Below, piece after piece: positions 43,638 through 52,503 of a stretch of DNA of 64,000 bases. Both the position numbers and the translations under genes were made by a program. The DNA lies in assembly GCA_965207465.1 (NCBI GenBank), contig OZ242283.1, forward strand, positions 1,094,429 to 1,158,428, given 5' to 3'. Below the pieces are notes generated by a model that searched no databases, was not told the origin of the DNA, and saw only the letters and a list, made by a program, of their open reading frames with translations. The stretch comes from Dehalococcoidia bacterium (GTDB lineage: Bacteria; Chloroflexota; Dehalococcoidia; Lucifugimonadales; JADFKI01). Numbering within the stretch: position 1 is the first letter of the stretch; the number at the start of each line of letters is the position of its first letter.

Positions 43638-46199
43638 ATGGCAAACTCAAATGGTTCCATTATGACGGTTGACCGCGTCGCCCTTACCAGCAGCAGGGCG
43701 GGCACACCCGTTCAGTTGCCCGATTATGACAAGAGCCGATTTGAAGAGGTCGGCTTTCTTACTGCAATGACCCTCGTGCTGCTGGGCAACTACTCGCAGA
43801 CAGGGCACTTTGGCGGCCCCCTCGCGTACACGCCGTACACGGTGATGACCCACCTGGCAGGCCCCGAAAACGGCGGGCTTCGCTACGACTACCGCCGACC
43901 CAAGCATCCCTATGCCGACAGGTTCATGCTCGCCGGCGGGCACAACGCGCCCGTTACCTACGCCCTATGGATGATTATGGGCGAGGCTCTCGCGCGAAAG
44001 CATGCCAGGACCGGCGACCCCCGATACGCGGTGGACCATACGCAAGGCATGCTCAGCATCGACTGTCTTGGTTTCAGGCGGGGCGCGGGCGCGCTTGCCA
44101 CGCTGCTTGAAGACTTCGACCTGACAGATGCGCCTGAAATGGCTCAGGCGAGAATTCGCGGCATCCGCTCCCTAGCCGGGCATTCAGAGACGACCGACCT
44201 GACGAACGATGTCAACGGCGGTCCGTCCGGTATAGGCATCGCCACAGCCGCGGGCAAGGCTGCGTTCTGGGACATGATGGGCGCGCCCGACAGCCTCAAG
44301 ATAATGGCTATCGAGGGCGAGTTCGCCATGACCTCCGGACATTCCCAGGAGATGAAGACGGCAGCAGTCGCCCAGCAGGTCGGCAAGCGCCTTCGCATTC
44401 TGCTGTCCTACAACAACGCAGGCATCGATGATGAGCTTGTCGGCGGCGTAATCCAGCCGCAGTACGACGGTTACAGAATCGAAGACCAGTGGGCGGCTTA
44501 TGGTTGGAATGTCTTCGCCGTCGATAACGCCAACGACTACGACCAGGTGCTAGGCGTCCTCAAGGCGATGGAAGATTGGGACCCCGCCGATGACCGCCCG
44601 ATGATTGTAGTGGGCAACACCGTCAAGGGCTGGTGGCCCGGAGCGGTCAACGGCAACATCGCCGGCTACGGCGACCAGATTATCAGCTACGAAAGCCATC
44701 CCTACGCCTTCCCGTTCAACGGCGACTATTTCTCAGCGTTAGCATCCACCTTTGAGCAGCGCTTCGGCGTCGAGTTCGGGGGCATTAGAAGCGGAAACGC
44801 GGCGACCGACATGCGAGAACGCCTGCTTGAGTTCAAGCGCAACATTGATGTCGCGATGTCCGTCCTCGACCAGAACGGCTTGGGCGACTGGCTGGCTGAC
44901 AGACTGGTCGAAATTGGCGACAGCGTTGACGACAGCCTGCCGCTTCGCATAGACCGGGATGTTGACCCGTTCCTCGACGAACGTCTCGCCGTGGAAAATC
45001 TTCCAGTCGAAGCGCAGACAGTTAGCATCAAGAACCATGTTTCCGGCGAAGAGAAGGATGTCTCCATCAAGCTCTTTGAGGAGCCTGGGAATGTTCGCGG
45101 CACTCGCCGGGCGATCTCGGAAATCGCCAAATACATGAACTACGTGACCGAGAACAGGTTCGTCATTGTAGCCGCAGACCTCGCGGAATCCATCAACGTG
45201 GAGCCGGGCGGACTGTGGGGACACTACGATCCTGTAAGTAACCCGACCGGCACGCGCCTGAAGGCGGCGATTCAGGAGGCGGGCAATGTGTCCACTGCCG
45301 TCGGTTTCGTCGGTCAGTCTGTATCCCTAGATCCGGACAAGCATGTGGGCGTATGGGCGCTCAGCGGCAGCTACGGCGCTTTCACCCCCCTGATGTATCT
45401 TCCAGCCCGAGTCTGGAGCCAGCAGAACCAGGATAGCCCCTTCCGCGTTGGCGTGCTGAACGTTCTCGCCGGACACTCCGGCCCCGAGACCGCGGCGGAC
45501 GCGCGCACGCACTTCGGCATATTCGCCCCGCAGGTGTGGAAGCTCTTCCCACGCGGACAGGTAATCACTCTGAGCTTCTGGGACTACAACGATGTCGCAC
45601 CCGGCTACTTCGCCGCAGCCGAGATTGCCGCGCGCGACCCCAAAGTCGGTGTCATCGTCCTGGAAGTGGCGCGTCCGGACTTCCCCGTCTCAGACCGCAG
45701 CACATTCGCCGACACCGACCTTATGGCGGCTGCTAAGGGCTTCTATGTCATACGCGACTTCGACGAAGACAAGCCAAAGCAAGGGTATGTTATCGTGCAA
45801 GGGTCGTCCTCTACGGTCAACCTTGTTAGGTCCCTACCTCAACTGGAGGAAGAGGGCGTCAACGTGAAGGTAATCGCCGCAATAAGCGAGGAGCTTTTCC
45901 GTCGCCAGCCTCAGGACTACCAGGATTCGGTATTCCCGCCCGAAGCAATATATGACCTTGCGGTCGTAACCACCGGCACCCGCCGCATGTGGCCCGTGCA
46001 AAACGCCGGTCCCCTCACCGACGAATACTCGATGGTGTCCGACTGGGACAACCAGTGGCTAACCGGCGGCACGGAAGCAGACGTCATCGCGGAAGCGCAC
46101 CTCGACACCGACTCCATCTACGAGGGCATCAAGCGCTTCGCCCTAGACCACGACGAGCGCATCGCACGTCAGGCAGGCATGGTCGCCGCGCTGAAATAG
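43638..46199 (+). CDS. Transketolase-family thiamine-diphosphate enzyme, atypically long (853 aa)
   Basis: N-terminal TK-like motifs are present: SQTGHFGGPLAYTPY, DRFMLAGGHNAPVTYAL, and the ThDP-binding region GGPSGIGIATAAGKA...IEGEFAMTSGHSQE...SYNNAGIDD. Pyr and C-terminal domains follow. Confidence 0.75.
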   Translation: MANSNGSIMTVDRVALTSSRAGTPVQLPDYDKSRFEEVGFLTAMTLVLLGNYSQTGHFGGPLAYTPYTVMTHLAGPENGGLRYDYRRPKHPYADRFMLAGGHNAPVTYALWMIMGEALARKHARTGDPRYAVDHTQGMLSIDCLGFRRGAGALATLLEDFDLTDAPEMAQARIRGIRSLAGHSETTDLTNDVNGGPSGIGIATAAGKAAFWDMMGAPDSLKIMAIEGEFAMTSGHSQEMKTAAVAQQVGKRLRILLSYNNAGIDDELVGGVIQPQYDGYRIEDQWAAYGWNVFAVDNANDYDQVLGVLKAMEDWDPADDRPMIVVGNTVKGWWPGAVNGNIAGYGDQIISYESHPYAFPFNGDYFSALASTFEQRFGVEFGGIRSGNAATDMRERLLEFKRNIDVAMSVLDQNGLGDWLADRLVEIGDSVDDSLPLRIDRDVDPFLDERLAVENLPVEAQTVSIKNHVSGEEKDVSIKLFEEPGNVRGTRRAISEIAKYMNYVTENRFVIVAADLAESINVEPGGLWGHYDPVSNPTGTRLKAAIQEAGNVSTAVGFVGQSVSLDPDKHVGVWALSGSYGAFTPLMYLPARVWSQQNQDSPFRVGVLNVLAGHSGPETAADARTHFGIFAPQVWKLFPRGQVITLSFWDYNDVAPGYFAAAEIAARDPKVGVIVLEVARPDFPVSDRSTFADTDLMAAAKGFYVIRDFDEDKPKQGYVIVQGSSSTVNLVRSLPQLEEEGVNVKVIAAISEELFRRQPQDYQDSVFPPEAIYDLAVVTTGTRRMWPVQNAGPLTDEYSMVSDWDNQWLTGGTEADVIAEAHLDTDSIYEGIKRFALDHDERIARQAGMVAALK

Positions 46200-46209
46200 C
46201 TTCCCATCA

Positions 46210-46358
46210 GTCCCCTCTCCCTCTGGGAGAGGGTTAGAGCCTGCTCCTGTGCAGACGGGGGTGAAGGCGCGAAACCCAGCATAGATTAGGGGCAGGCTAA
46301 AGCCTGCCCCCTCTTTTTACTACTCTATCCCCTCCATTCTGTCCATCCATGTTAAATT
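46210..46358. repeat. Hairpin-repeat cluster (M6, M3 variants, M7)
   Basis: Contains CCCCTCTCCCTCTGGGAGAGGGTTAGAGCCTGCTCC..., GGGGCAGGCT-AA-AGCCTGCCCC, and CATTCTGTCCATCCATGTTAAA. Confidence 0.8.
46289..46318 (+). terminator. Candidate intrinsic terminator after the transketolase-like gene (formed by a repeat module)
   Basis: GGGGCAGGCT (46289-46298) pairs with AGCCTGCCCC (46301-46310), followed by CTCTTTTT. Confidence 0.55.
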
Positions 46359-46364
46359 CCCCCC

Positions 46365-46393
46365 TTGACAACCCAAACATCCGTACGTATGAT
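46365..46393 (+). promoter_or_regulatory. Near-consensus sigma70-type promoter
   Basis: TTGACA (46365-46370), a 17-nt spacer, then TATGAT (46388-46393), about 115 nt upstream of the ATG at 46510. Confidence 0.45.
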
Positions 46394-46509
46394 GAGTGAA
46401 GTAAAAGAACAAAATATCTATCTCATCCATCCTTTAAAACCTGTCAGCCCCTGGGGAAGGGCTGCGGGGATACTGACCGACTGAAATACCGACTAACCGA
46501 CAAACTCCT

Positions 46510-47835
46510 ATGTGCATCCAAAACACCCTGCAACAACACATACTAGACATCACCAACGACGGCAAGGACGTCGCCGACTTCCTCTATGCAACTATGCATG
46601 GACAGAACCCCAACGCCAAGTTTCACCACCAGATGGAAGCCGCCAAGCACCTGACCAAACTCGCCCTACCTACCGCCCCTTCCTCCTCTCAACCCGTCAT
46701 TCCTGCGGAGGCAGGAATCCAGAGGGGAGACGGGCGTGAAACCCCCGTTCGTCCTGAGCCTGTCGAAGGACACACCGCGGAATCCCAAGACGAAAATCCT
46801 GTACATCCTGTTAAGTCAGCCCCCATAACCGACCTCGACATCATCAACTACAAAGTAGCCCGCCTCATCCGCGAGGAAACCAACGACGGATACCTCATCG
46901 CAGAATTCCTATCCCGCGTCATGCACGGCACCGCAGGACGGGGCAGACCCATCAGCGAAGCAGACCGCATCCGGGCAGCCACCGAACTGATGAACCGAGG
47001 CTTGGGCAGGTTCGGTGACACACGAGACCGCCGCATCTCAAACACTCAGGACGACCACGAACTCATCAACTCCGGACTCGCGCGCTACATCAGGGAGCGC
47101 ACAGACCACGGACTGGAACCCGCCCGATTCCTGCTGGATGTGGCATCAGGACAGGACGACGGCTTCACGATGCACCAGCGCGTCACAGCCACCCGCGAAC
47201 TCATCCGGCGCGGCTGGGACACCAACTGCGATAGGATTACACCTGAAGACGTAGCAGCCTACTACGAAAGGCAGGAAGCCCGAGAACCCACCGGCTACGA
47301 CAACAGACTGCAAGAGTGGCGCGAGAAAGAGCGCGTAGCACAGCCGGTAGGGGCGACCGGCCGGTCGCCTGAAGACGAGCCGCAGCTGGAAGCCGGCCTC
47401 TTCGCGCACCTCAGCTTCGACGAAATCGACCGCTACGAAGCCATGAGCGCAGAAGAGCAGGCGGAGTTCGTAGAGAAGCAGCGACAATACCGCGCAAGCC
47501 GCAAGTCAGCAGGGGCCCTGGCCTATGCCCCCCTCTCCCGGAGGGAGAGGGCTGAGGTGAGGGCAAAAGCCCCTTCCCCCTCGCCTGAAGCACAAAAGCC
47601 CCCTCTCCCTCAGGGAGAGGGTTGGGGTGAGGGCATCCAAAAATCCCCTTCCCCCTCGACGGAGGAAGACCCTGCCCTTGGCGAAAGTGGGGCCCCCGAT
47701 GGGGGTGAAAACCCCGAAACCATCAACTGGAACACCCTATCCCAAGACGCCAGCGTCTCCACAAGCACATCCCATCCTTCCCATCCTGTACATCCTGTTG
47801 AGTCCGAGACCCAAACCCGCATCCGAAGCCCCTAA
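46510..47835 (+). CDS. Hypothetical protein with three ~45-50-aa internal repeats; repeat modules are read in-frame in the linker and C-terminal third
   Basis: 441-aa ORF. Three units share I..(E)T.DG...A.FL..V..G.........R..A..EL..RG. No SD precedes the ATG (CAAACTCCTATG). The true 3' end is uncertain because 47529-47802 consists of intergenic-type repeats. Confidence 0.45.
   Translation: MCIQNTLQQHILDITNDGKDVADFLYATMHGQNPNAKFHHQMEAAKHLTKLALPTAPSSSQPVIPAEAGIQRGDGRETPVRPEPVEGHTAESQDENPVHPVKSAPITDLDIINYKVARLIREETNDGYLIAEFLSRVMHGTAGRGRPISEADRIRAATELMNRGLGRFGDTRDRRISNTQDDHELINSGLARYIRERTDHGLEPARFLLDVASGQDDGFTMHQRVTATRELIRRGWDTNCDRITPEDVAAYYERQEAREPTGYDNRLQEWREKERVAQPVGATGRSPEDEPQLEAGLFAHLSFDEIDRYEAMSAEEQAEFVEKQRQYRASRKSAGALAYAPLSRRERAEVRAKAPSPSPEAQKPPLPQGEGWGEGIQKSPSPSTEEDPALGESGAPDGGENPETINWNTLSQDASVSTSTSHPSHPVHPVESETQTRIRSP
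46693..46818. repeat. M5, M4 and M7 modules lying inside the ORF 46510-47835
   Basis: CCCGTCATTCCTGCGGAGGCAGGAATCCAGAGGGG at 46693-46727. The 27-mer at 46745-46771 is identical to 42874-42900. AAAATCCTGTACATCCTGTTAAGTC at 46794-46818. Confidence 0.85.
47529..47802. repeat. M6 x2, M1/M3-like and M7 modules at the 3' end of the ORF, upstream of ssrA
   Basis: Contains CCCCTCTCCCGGAGGGAGAGGGCTGAGGTGAGGGC, CCCCCTCTCCCTCAGGGAGAGGGTTGGGGTGAGGGC, AAAATCCCCTTCCCCCTCGACGGAGGAAG..., and CCATCCTGTACATCCTGTTG. Confidence 0.8.
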
Positions 47836-47837
47836 TA

Positions 47838-47846
47838 TGCTACAAT
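47838..47846 (+). promoter_or_regulatory. Extended -10 element (TGcTACAAT) for ssrA
   Basis: TGCTACAAT ends 13 nt before the mature tmRNA 5' end. No good -35 is present. Confidence 0.4.
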
Positions 47847-47859
47847 GGTATCCGCAAGT

Positions 47860-48214
47860 GGGGACGCGTAGGTTCGACAGGGGACCGTCTCTACAGGATT
47901 GCAGGCCGAGGCGCCACGCACCGCGTTAAAAGTGGCAAAAAAGTAACTGGCAACGACAGAGAGTTTGCCCTAGCCGCCTAACCGCGGCTACATCCGCCAT
48001 CTCTTCCCTCCGAGGGGGGTGACCGGGTGCCATAACATCGGAGGAAAGCCTGACAGACGCCGATATCGACTGGCTTAACCCATCGGCTGGCTCTGCGAAG
48101 TTACCCGTCGGTAAGTGCTTCGTGGAGCGAGACTCAATTACCGACTAAGCCTGTAGTACATCCTAGTCGGAGAGTCTTCTGGACGGGGAGTGCGACTCTC
48201 CCCCGTCTCCACCA
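47860..48214 (+). ncRNA. ssrA: tmRNA (transfer-messenger RNA)
   Basis: 5' GGGGACGCGTAGGTTCGACAGGGG. 3' GGACGGGGAGTGCGACTCTCCCCCGTCTCCACCA. The acceptor stem GGGGACG/CGTCTCC carries a G3-U70 pair, and CCA is encoded. The tag reading frame GGC AAC GAC AGA GAG TTT GCC CTA GCC GCC TAA (47949-47981) encodes GNDREFALAA. Confidence 0.92.
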
Positions 48215-48231
48215 ACTACCGCGCGCAACAT

Positions 48232-48266
48232 GGGAGGCGACTCTAGCGGTCGCCTCCCATCTTTTT
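48232..48266 (+). terminator. Intrinsic terminator of ssrA
   Basis: GGGAGGCGAC (48232-48241) pairs with GTCGCCTCCC (48249-48258), followed by ATCTTTTT. Confidence 0.8.
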
Positions 48267-48339
48267 GTCTCGCGCCACCGCAGATTTACTCTTCATGTGT
48301 TCAAGACTGGTACTGCTTCATGTGTTGAAGTGAGGCATT

Positions 48340-48908
48340 ATGTCCCCCTCGACGAGCTGAGAAGGGTATGTAAATTATGAGACAGGTATAAGAACTTGGA
48401 AAGCGCAGGGCAATCTAGCATTCTTTCGTTACCACAGAAAAGGATGTCAGAAGCCATGCGCCTCCCAACTGAATGTTACCAGATGCAACAGACGATACAA
48501 CAGCGATTGCCACACCTCAGACCCTCTCAACTGACAGGTCTGACCTTGTGGGTGTACGGCGCAATAGCCGCAGGCAGCGCCTGCCAAGCGCAGTTATTGC
48601 AGCCATCTGGTTTGCGGGCAAGCGCGAGAGTCTGCGGCAGTACCTGAGGAAGTGGCTCCCGGCAGACTGAGAGCGCCACCCAAGTCTGTGCGCTCTGCGG
48701 CGATGCGCGCAGGACTCAGACCCAAGAGGGCGGTGAGTGTGCTGCGCCTGGGAATAACCTGGCTGCGTCGGCTGCTGTATAGAGGCAGGGTCTGGCTGCT
48801 TCCCGAGGAGTGGCCTGAACCGGCTGCCAACTTGAAGACCTACTATCATTGTGATACCTGAATTGCCAAATACATACCCCTCTCAGCCCTCGACGAGGGA
48901 AGGGACAT
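48340..48908. mobile_element. Internally deleted, frameshifted IS remnant (IS4/IS701-like; family uncertain) retaining both terminal inverted repeats
   Basis: Left end ATGTCCCCCTCGACGAGCTGAGAAGGGTATGTAAATT (48340-48376). The reverse complement of the right end (48868-48908) is ATGTCCCTTCCCTCGTCGAGGGCTGAGAGGGGTATGTATTT. Internal frames encode ...QLTGLTLWVYGAIAAGSACQ and, after a frameshift, SAVIAAIWFAGKRESLRQYLRKWL, which resembles a transposase N-terminus. The element is only 569 bp. Confidence 0.55.
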
Positions 48909-49041
48909 TGGGCAGCATTTACAGCAGTCTTAAACATTTACCTACCCTTGTCAGCCCGTCAAGGGGGCGGGCATTCGTGAAATCGTCTTGCACAGGATAG
49001 AGAAGATAATCGAACTGAGATGATGTTATACTGGTTACGCT

Positions 49042-49497
49042 ATGATTCCTCTGAAATGCTTGCTTAGCCCCCGGCTGCTGGGAATGGCATTTTTCTTGCC
49101 ATTCATAATCGGTATCGGCTTCGGGGCTCTGCTCCTCTGGGCAATGTACTCGCTTGTGGGGCTGGACTCGTCCGCCGCAGTGGGCGGATTTGTCGGCGCC
49201 TCTTTCGTGGAAGTATCGCCTCTCTTCGAAGTTCTCTTGGGCTTGTGGCTGACTTACTTCGTGGTTCTGTATGCGCCAATAGCCTACACTACGGCAGATT
49301 CCCTGCTGCTTGCTATGGGGCGAGCGGCGCACACTGCGATAGTCGCGCTCATACATCGCTTCTTCGCTCTCTGCCAATCTCCTTGCTATTTGTTGGCTCT
49401 CGAGTTGTCGGAAGGATTACGCTTTCCATTCCGATCCAATGCCTTCGAGCGCTTATCTTCACCGTGGCTCCCAGGAGTCCATCCTCATTTGGCATAG
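49042..49497 (+). CDS. Hypothetical membrane protein
   Basis: 151-aa ORF with 3-4 hydrophobic segments. It overlaps an antisense ORF. No homology recognised. Confidence 0.3.
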   Translation: MIPLKCLLSPRLLGMAFFLPFIIGIGFGALLLWAMYSLVGLDSSAAVGGFVGASFVEVSPLFEVLLGLWLTYFVVLYAPIAYTTADSLLLAMGRAAHTAIVALIHRFFALCQSPCYLLALELSEGLRFPFRSNAFERLSSPWLPGVHPHLA

Positions 49498-49655
49498 ACG
49501 CTCGTCCACGCCTGCAATCGCCTAGACTCGCAGGGCTTCATCACGGACGCCGGCTGAATTGCGCCCTTGCGCGCCCATTTCGTCAAGTCCGCTTGAAGCA
49601 GGCAGCGCGCGGCAGCCCGCATGATGCGCGCCGCGCCGATTTGTGGTACATTTCA

Positions 49656-50477
49656 CTAGGTTCTGTGGACATTTGAGGCATATGCTATGTTGAAGGCATG
49701 GCAAACACAAGACTAACTACTGCTAAATGGTTGAGAATACGCGACTTTCTTCGCTCCGACGCCAGAGTGTACGTCAAAGAGGAGAGCGAGTGTAGGAACT
49801 TCATAGAGGCAGTCGTCTGGATTAACAGGACGGGGGCGCCGTGGAGGGACCTGCCGGAGAAGTTCGGCAAGTCTAATAGCGTGTTCAGGCGCTTCACGCG
49901 CTGGAAGGAAAACGGCGTCTGGGAGCGGATGTATGTGCATTTCATTGAAGACCCTGACATGGAGAATCTGCTAATAGACAGCACGATAGTGCGCGCGCAT
50001 CCCTGTGCTGCGGGTGCGCCTGCACTAAAGGGGGGCAAGTCGCACAGGCGTTAGGCAGAAGCCGGGGCGGGTTCGGTACGAAGGTGCATGCAAGCGTTGA
50101 CGCGCTGGGCAATCCGCTGAGGTTCATCTTGACAGCGGGAGAGGAACACGACATCAAGCAGGCGGAGGCGCTGATAGAGGATATGGAGTGCGAGCGAGTC
50201 GTAGCGGACAAGGGATATGATTCAGATACGCTGCGCGAGTACATCGCACAGAGTGGCGCAACGGCTGTAATACCGCCTAAATCTAATCGGAAGATGCAGT
50301 ATTGGTATGATGAGCACATATACAAGGAACGCCACCTGATAGAGTGTCTGTTCAACAAGACGAAGCAATTTCGCAGAGTATTCTCTCGCTATGACAAGTT
50401 CGCCGATACATACCTGAGCTTTCTACAAATCGCGGCAGCACTCATCTGGCTGAAATGAAATGTCCACACAACCTAGC
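49656..50477 (+). mobile_element. IS5-family insertion sequence (IS427/IS1031-like group), 822 bp
   Basis: 19-bp terminal inverted repeats match at 18 of 19 positions. The left one is CTAGGTTCTGTGGACATTT (49656-49674); the reverse complement of 50459-50477 is CTAGGTTGTGTGGACATTT. CTAG at both tips may be the target or its duplication. Confidence 0.85.
49698..50458 (+). CDS. IS5-family DDE transposase, two frames joined by a -1 frameshift at AAAGGGGGG (50027-50035)
   Basis: orfA is MANTRLTTAKWLRIRDFL...STIVRAHPCAAGAPALKGG. The -1 frame continues QVAQALGRSRGGFGTKVHASVDALGNPLRFILTAGEEHD...DKGYDSD...ERHLIECLFNKTKQFRRVFSRYDK. Confidence 0.85.
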
Positions 50478-50793
50478 CAAACACGAACCCGCATAGGAGC
50501 TTGCCCGATCTCTCGGGCAAGCTTCACAGGGCGTATTCAGCCCCTGCGTGGCCCTATGCGGGAAGGTACGTGTTTGGCGATTCGACCTGTACCACAAGGG
50601 GGCAACCACCATGCGCTCACGCTCACGCGCGGCCGCGATTTCTCTTGCGTCGTCAGACGGAACAACTGTCGCATGCTTGCGCTCTCCCCCCTTCGTGATT
50701 GGGCCTATTCGCTTACCCAGACTCGACCGCGTAATGCGACGCCTGAATTGACTGAAAGACTTGACCTTACATCGTCAAGCGAAAGGACTGATA

Positions 50794-52503
50794 ATGAAAT
50801 TATGGCTGACAGTAACAGCCGCCATTTTTGCGATGGCGCTGCTGTTCGCGGCATTGGCGAACGGCAACTACGCCGCCGCGCAAACCCCCGACACTCCCAC
50901 ACCCGTTCCCACCACCGAGCAGCCCGGCAACTTCAGCGCCGAAGACCTTGCAGCCGCGCTCGCAGCCAAGAAGAAGGCGCACCTATACCCCAACATGGAC
51001 TCCAACCTCAACCGAATAGTCGAGCAGGTCGAGACGGGACAGTTCACGGCGCAAGCCGCAGCCGCCAGCGCGCCCATCCACCGGGAAGAATCCGTCGCGG
51101 TGACGCTCTACGTCACCGAAGGTTACGCGCAGGATGTGTGGGACTGGCTCGAAGACAGCCGTGCAGACCCGCGCAACATCGGAGTGGACTACATCGAAGC
51201 GTACATCCCCGTTTCGCTTCTGCCCGCCGCCTCACAGCAGGAAGGCGTCATCAGCGTCCGCACCATCATCCCACCCCAGCCCGCGCAGGGAGCAGTCGTC
51301 AGCGAGGGCGCAGCGGCGCATGGCGCGCCCGCTTGGCACGACGCAGGCATCAAAGGGCAGGGCGTCAAAATCGGCGTCATCGACGTCGGATTCGAGGGCT
51401 TCCGCAACCTGATGGGAAGCGAATTGCCTGCGGAAGGAAGCGTGCGAGCAAGATGCTACACTGATGTAGGCGTATTAGCCTCGGATGTCAACACTTGCCT
51501 AGACATTTCCGGCTCCACTCACGGCACTGCGGTAACGGAAGCGGCGTTCGACATCGCGCCCGAAGCCACTTACTACATCTCAAATCCCCTTTCAAACGGA
51601 GACCTGCAAACCGCCGTTCAGTGGATGATTGACAATGATGTGGATGTGATAAACATGTCCTTTACCACGGGCTGGGAGGGTCCGGGCGACGGTACAACGC
51701 CTTACAGCAACGGCGCACTCAGAAGCGTGGACACCGCCGTCAATGGTGGCATCACTTGGGTCAATAATGCTGGAAATTACGCAGAACGAACATGGTTTGG
51801 CAGTTCCAACAGGGAGCCGTTCGATCCGCAGTATAATTTTCGGGCTCAGATCTTCAATGGGAACCAAGATGTTTTTAACTGCGTGGAACTTGAGCGCGGA
51901 GATAGAATTTCAGCCGATCTCAGGTGGGAAGATACATGGGGCGGCGCGCGCAGAGATCTAGATTTGGTGCTATTCCAAGTTAGTCCGCTGGCAATAGCCG
52001 CCGACGCCGACGACCTGCAATTTGGATTGAGCAGCCACATCCCGAATGAATACTTTACATACACCGCGACCGTAAGCGGAAGGTATTGTCTGGTGGTTGT
52101 TCATTACAACAGCAACCCGTCAGTTCCATTGTGGATTCAGCTGCAAGTCAATGGTGTACCAAGTATTCAACACCACACGATTAGCGGCAGCATCAGCAGC
52201 CCCGCCGAAAGCGCCAATCCAGGCATGCTTGCCGTGGGCGCGGCTGGGCGGAATGGTATCAGCGACAACCCGTTCGACACCATGATAATCGAGCCGTTCA
52301 GCAGCCAAGGTCCCACACCTGACGGCAGAATCAAGCCGGACATCGTGGGCGCGGACGCAGGACAATCGGTAACATACCGCTCAGGGCGTAATCCCAACGG
52401 ATACTTCTTCGGGACAAGCCAAGCATCCCCTCATGTCGCCGGCCTTGCCGCACTCGTGAAACAGAACAACCCCAGCTACAGCCCGCAGCAGGTAGCGCGA
52501 TGA
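50794..52503 (+). pseudogene. S8 subtilisin-like peptidase paralog, N-terminal 569 codons, truncated by an IS256-family insertion
   Basis: ATG 50794 follows GAAAGGA. Signal peptide MKLWLTVTAAIFAMALLFAALA. Triad context IGVIDVGF, THGTAVTE, GTSQASPH. Reading stops at TGA 52501-52503, created at the IS junction. Confidence 0.85.

Noticed and set aside
48919-49377. 152-aa minus-strand ORF antisense to the hypothetical membrane ORF
   Set aside because: Its charged, Cys/His/Gln-rich composition carries no motif. It overlaps the somewhat more plausible plus-strand membrane ORF, and neither is strongly supported.
50499-50524. Perfect 11-bp-stem hairpin (AGCTTGCCCGA-TCTC-TCGGGCAAGCT) just outside the IS5 right end
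   Set aside because: It has no U-tract, no upstream gene to terminate, and no second copy in the window. It is recorded as unexplained rather than as a terminator.
50671-50700. Possible degenerate copy of the ssrA 3' end (TGCGCTCTCCCCCCTTCG versus TGCGACTCTCCCCCGTCTCC) acting as an island attR; a 9-nt CGTCTCCAC match at 47755 was also considered
   Set aside because: The matches are short, gapped and G/C-run dominated, so they are within chance expectation. No integrase is present to support an att site.
50460-51464. 334-aa Arg-rich ORF, and similar long track ORFs that overlap real genes in other frames or strands (for example 30879-31928, 16510-17442, 21541-22302, 22109-22918, 5011-5781, 1678-2430)
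   Set aside because: These are shadow ORFs typical of GC-rich DNA. Their composition is biased (Arg/Pro/Ala/Ser-rich). They carry no motifs. Each is fully overlapped by a gene with clear family signatures.
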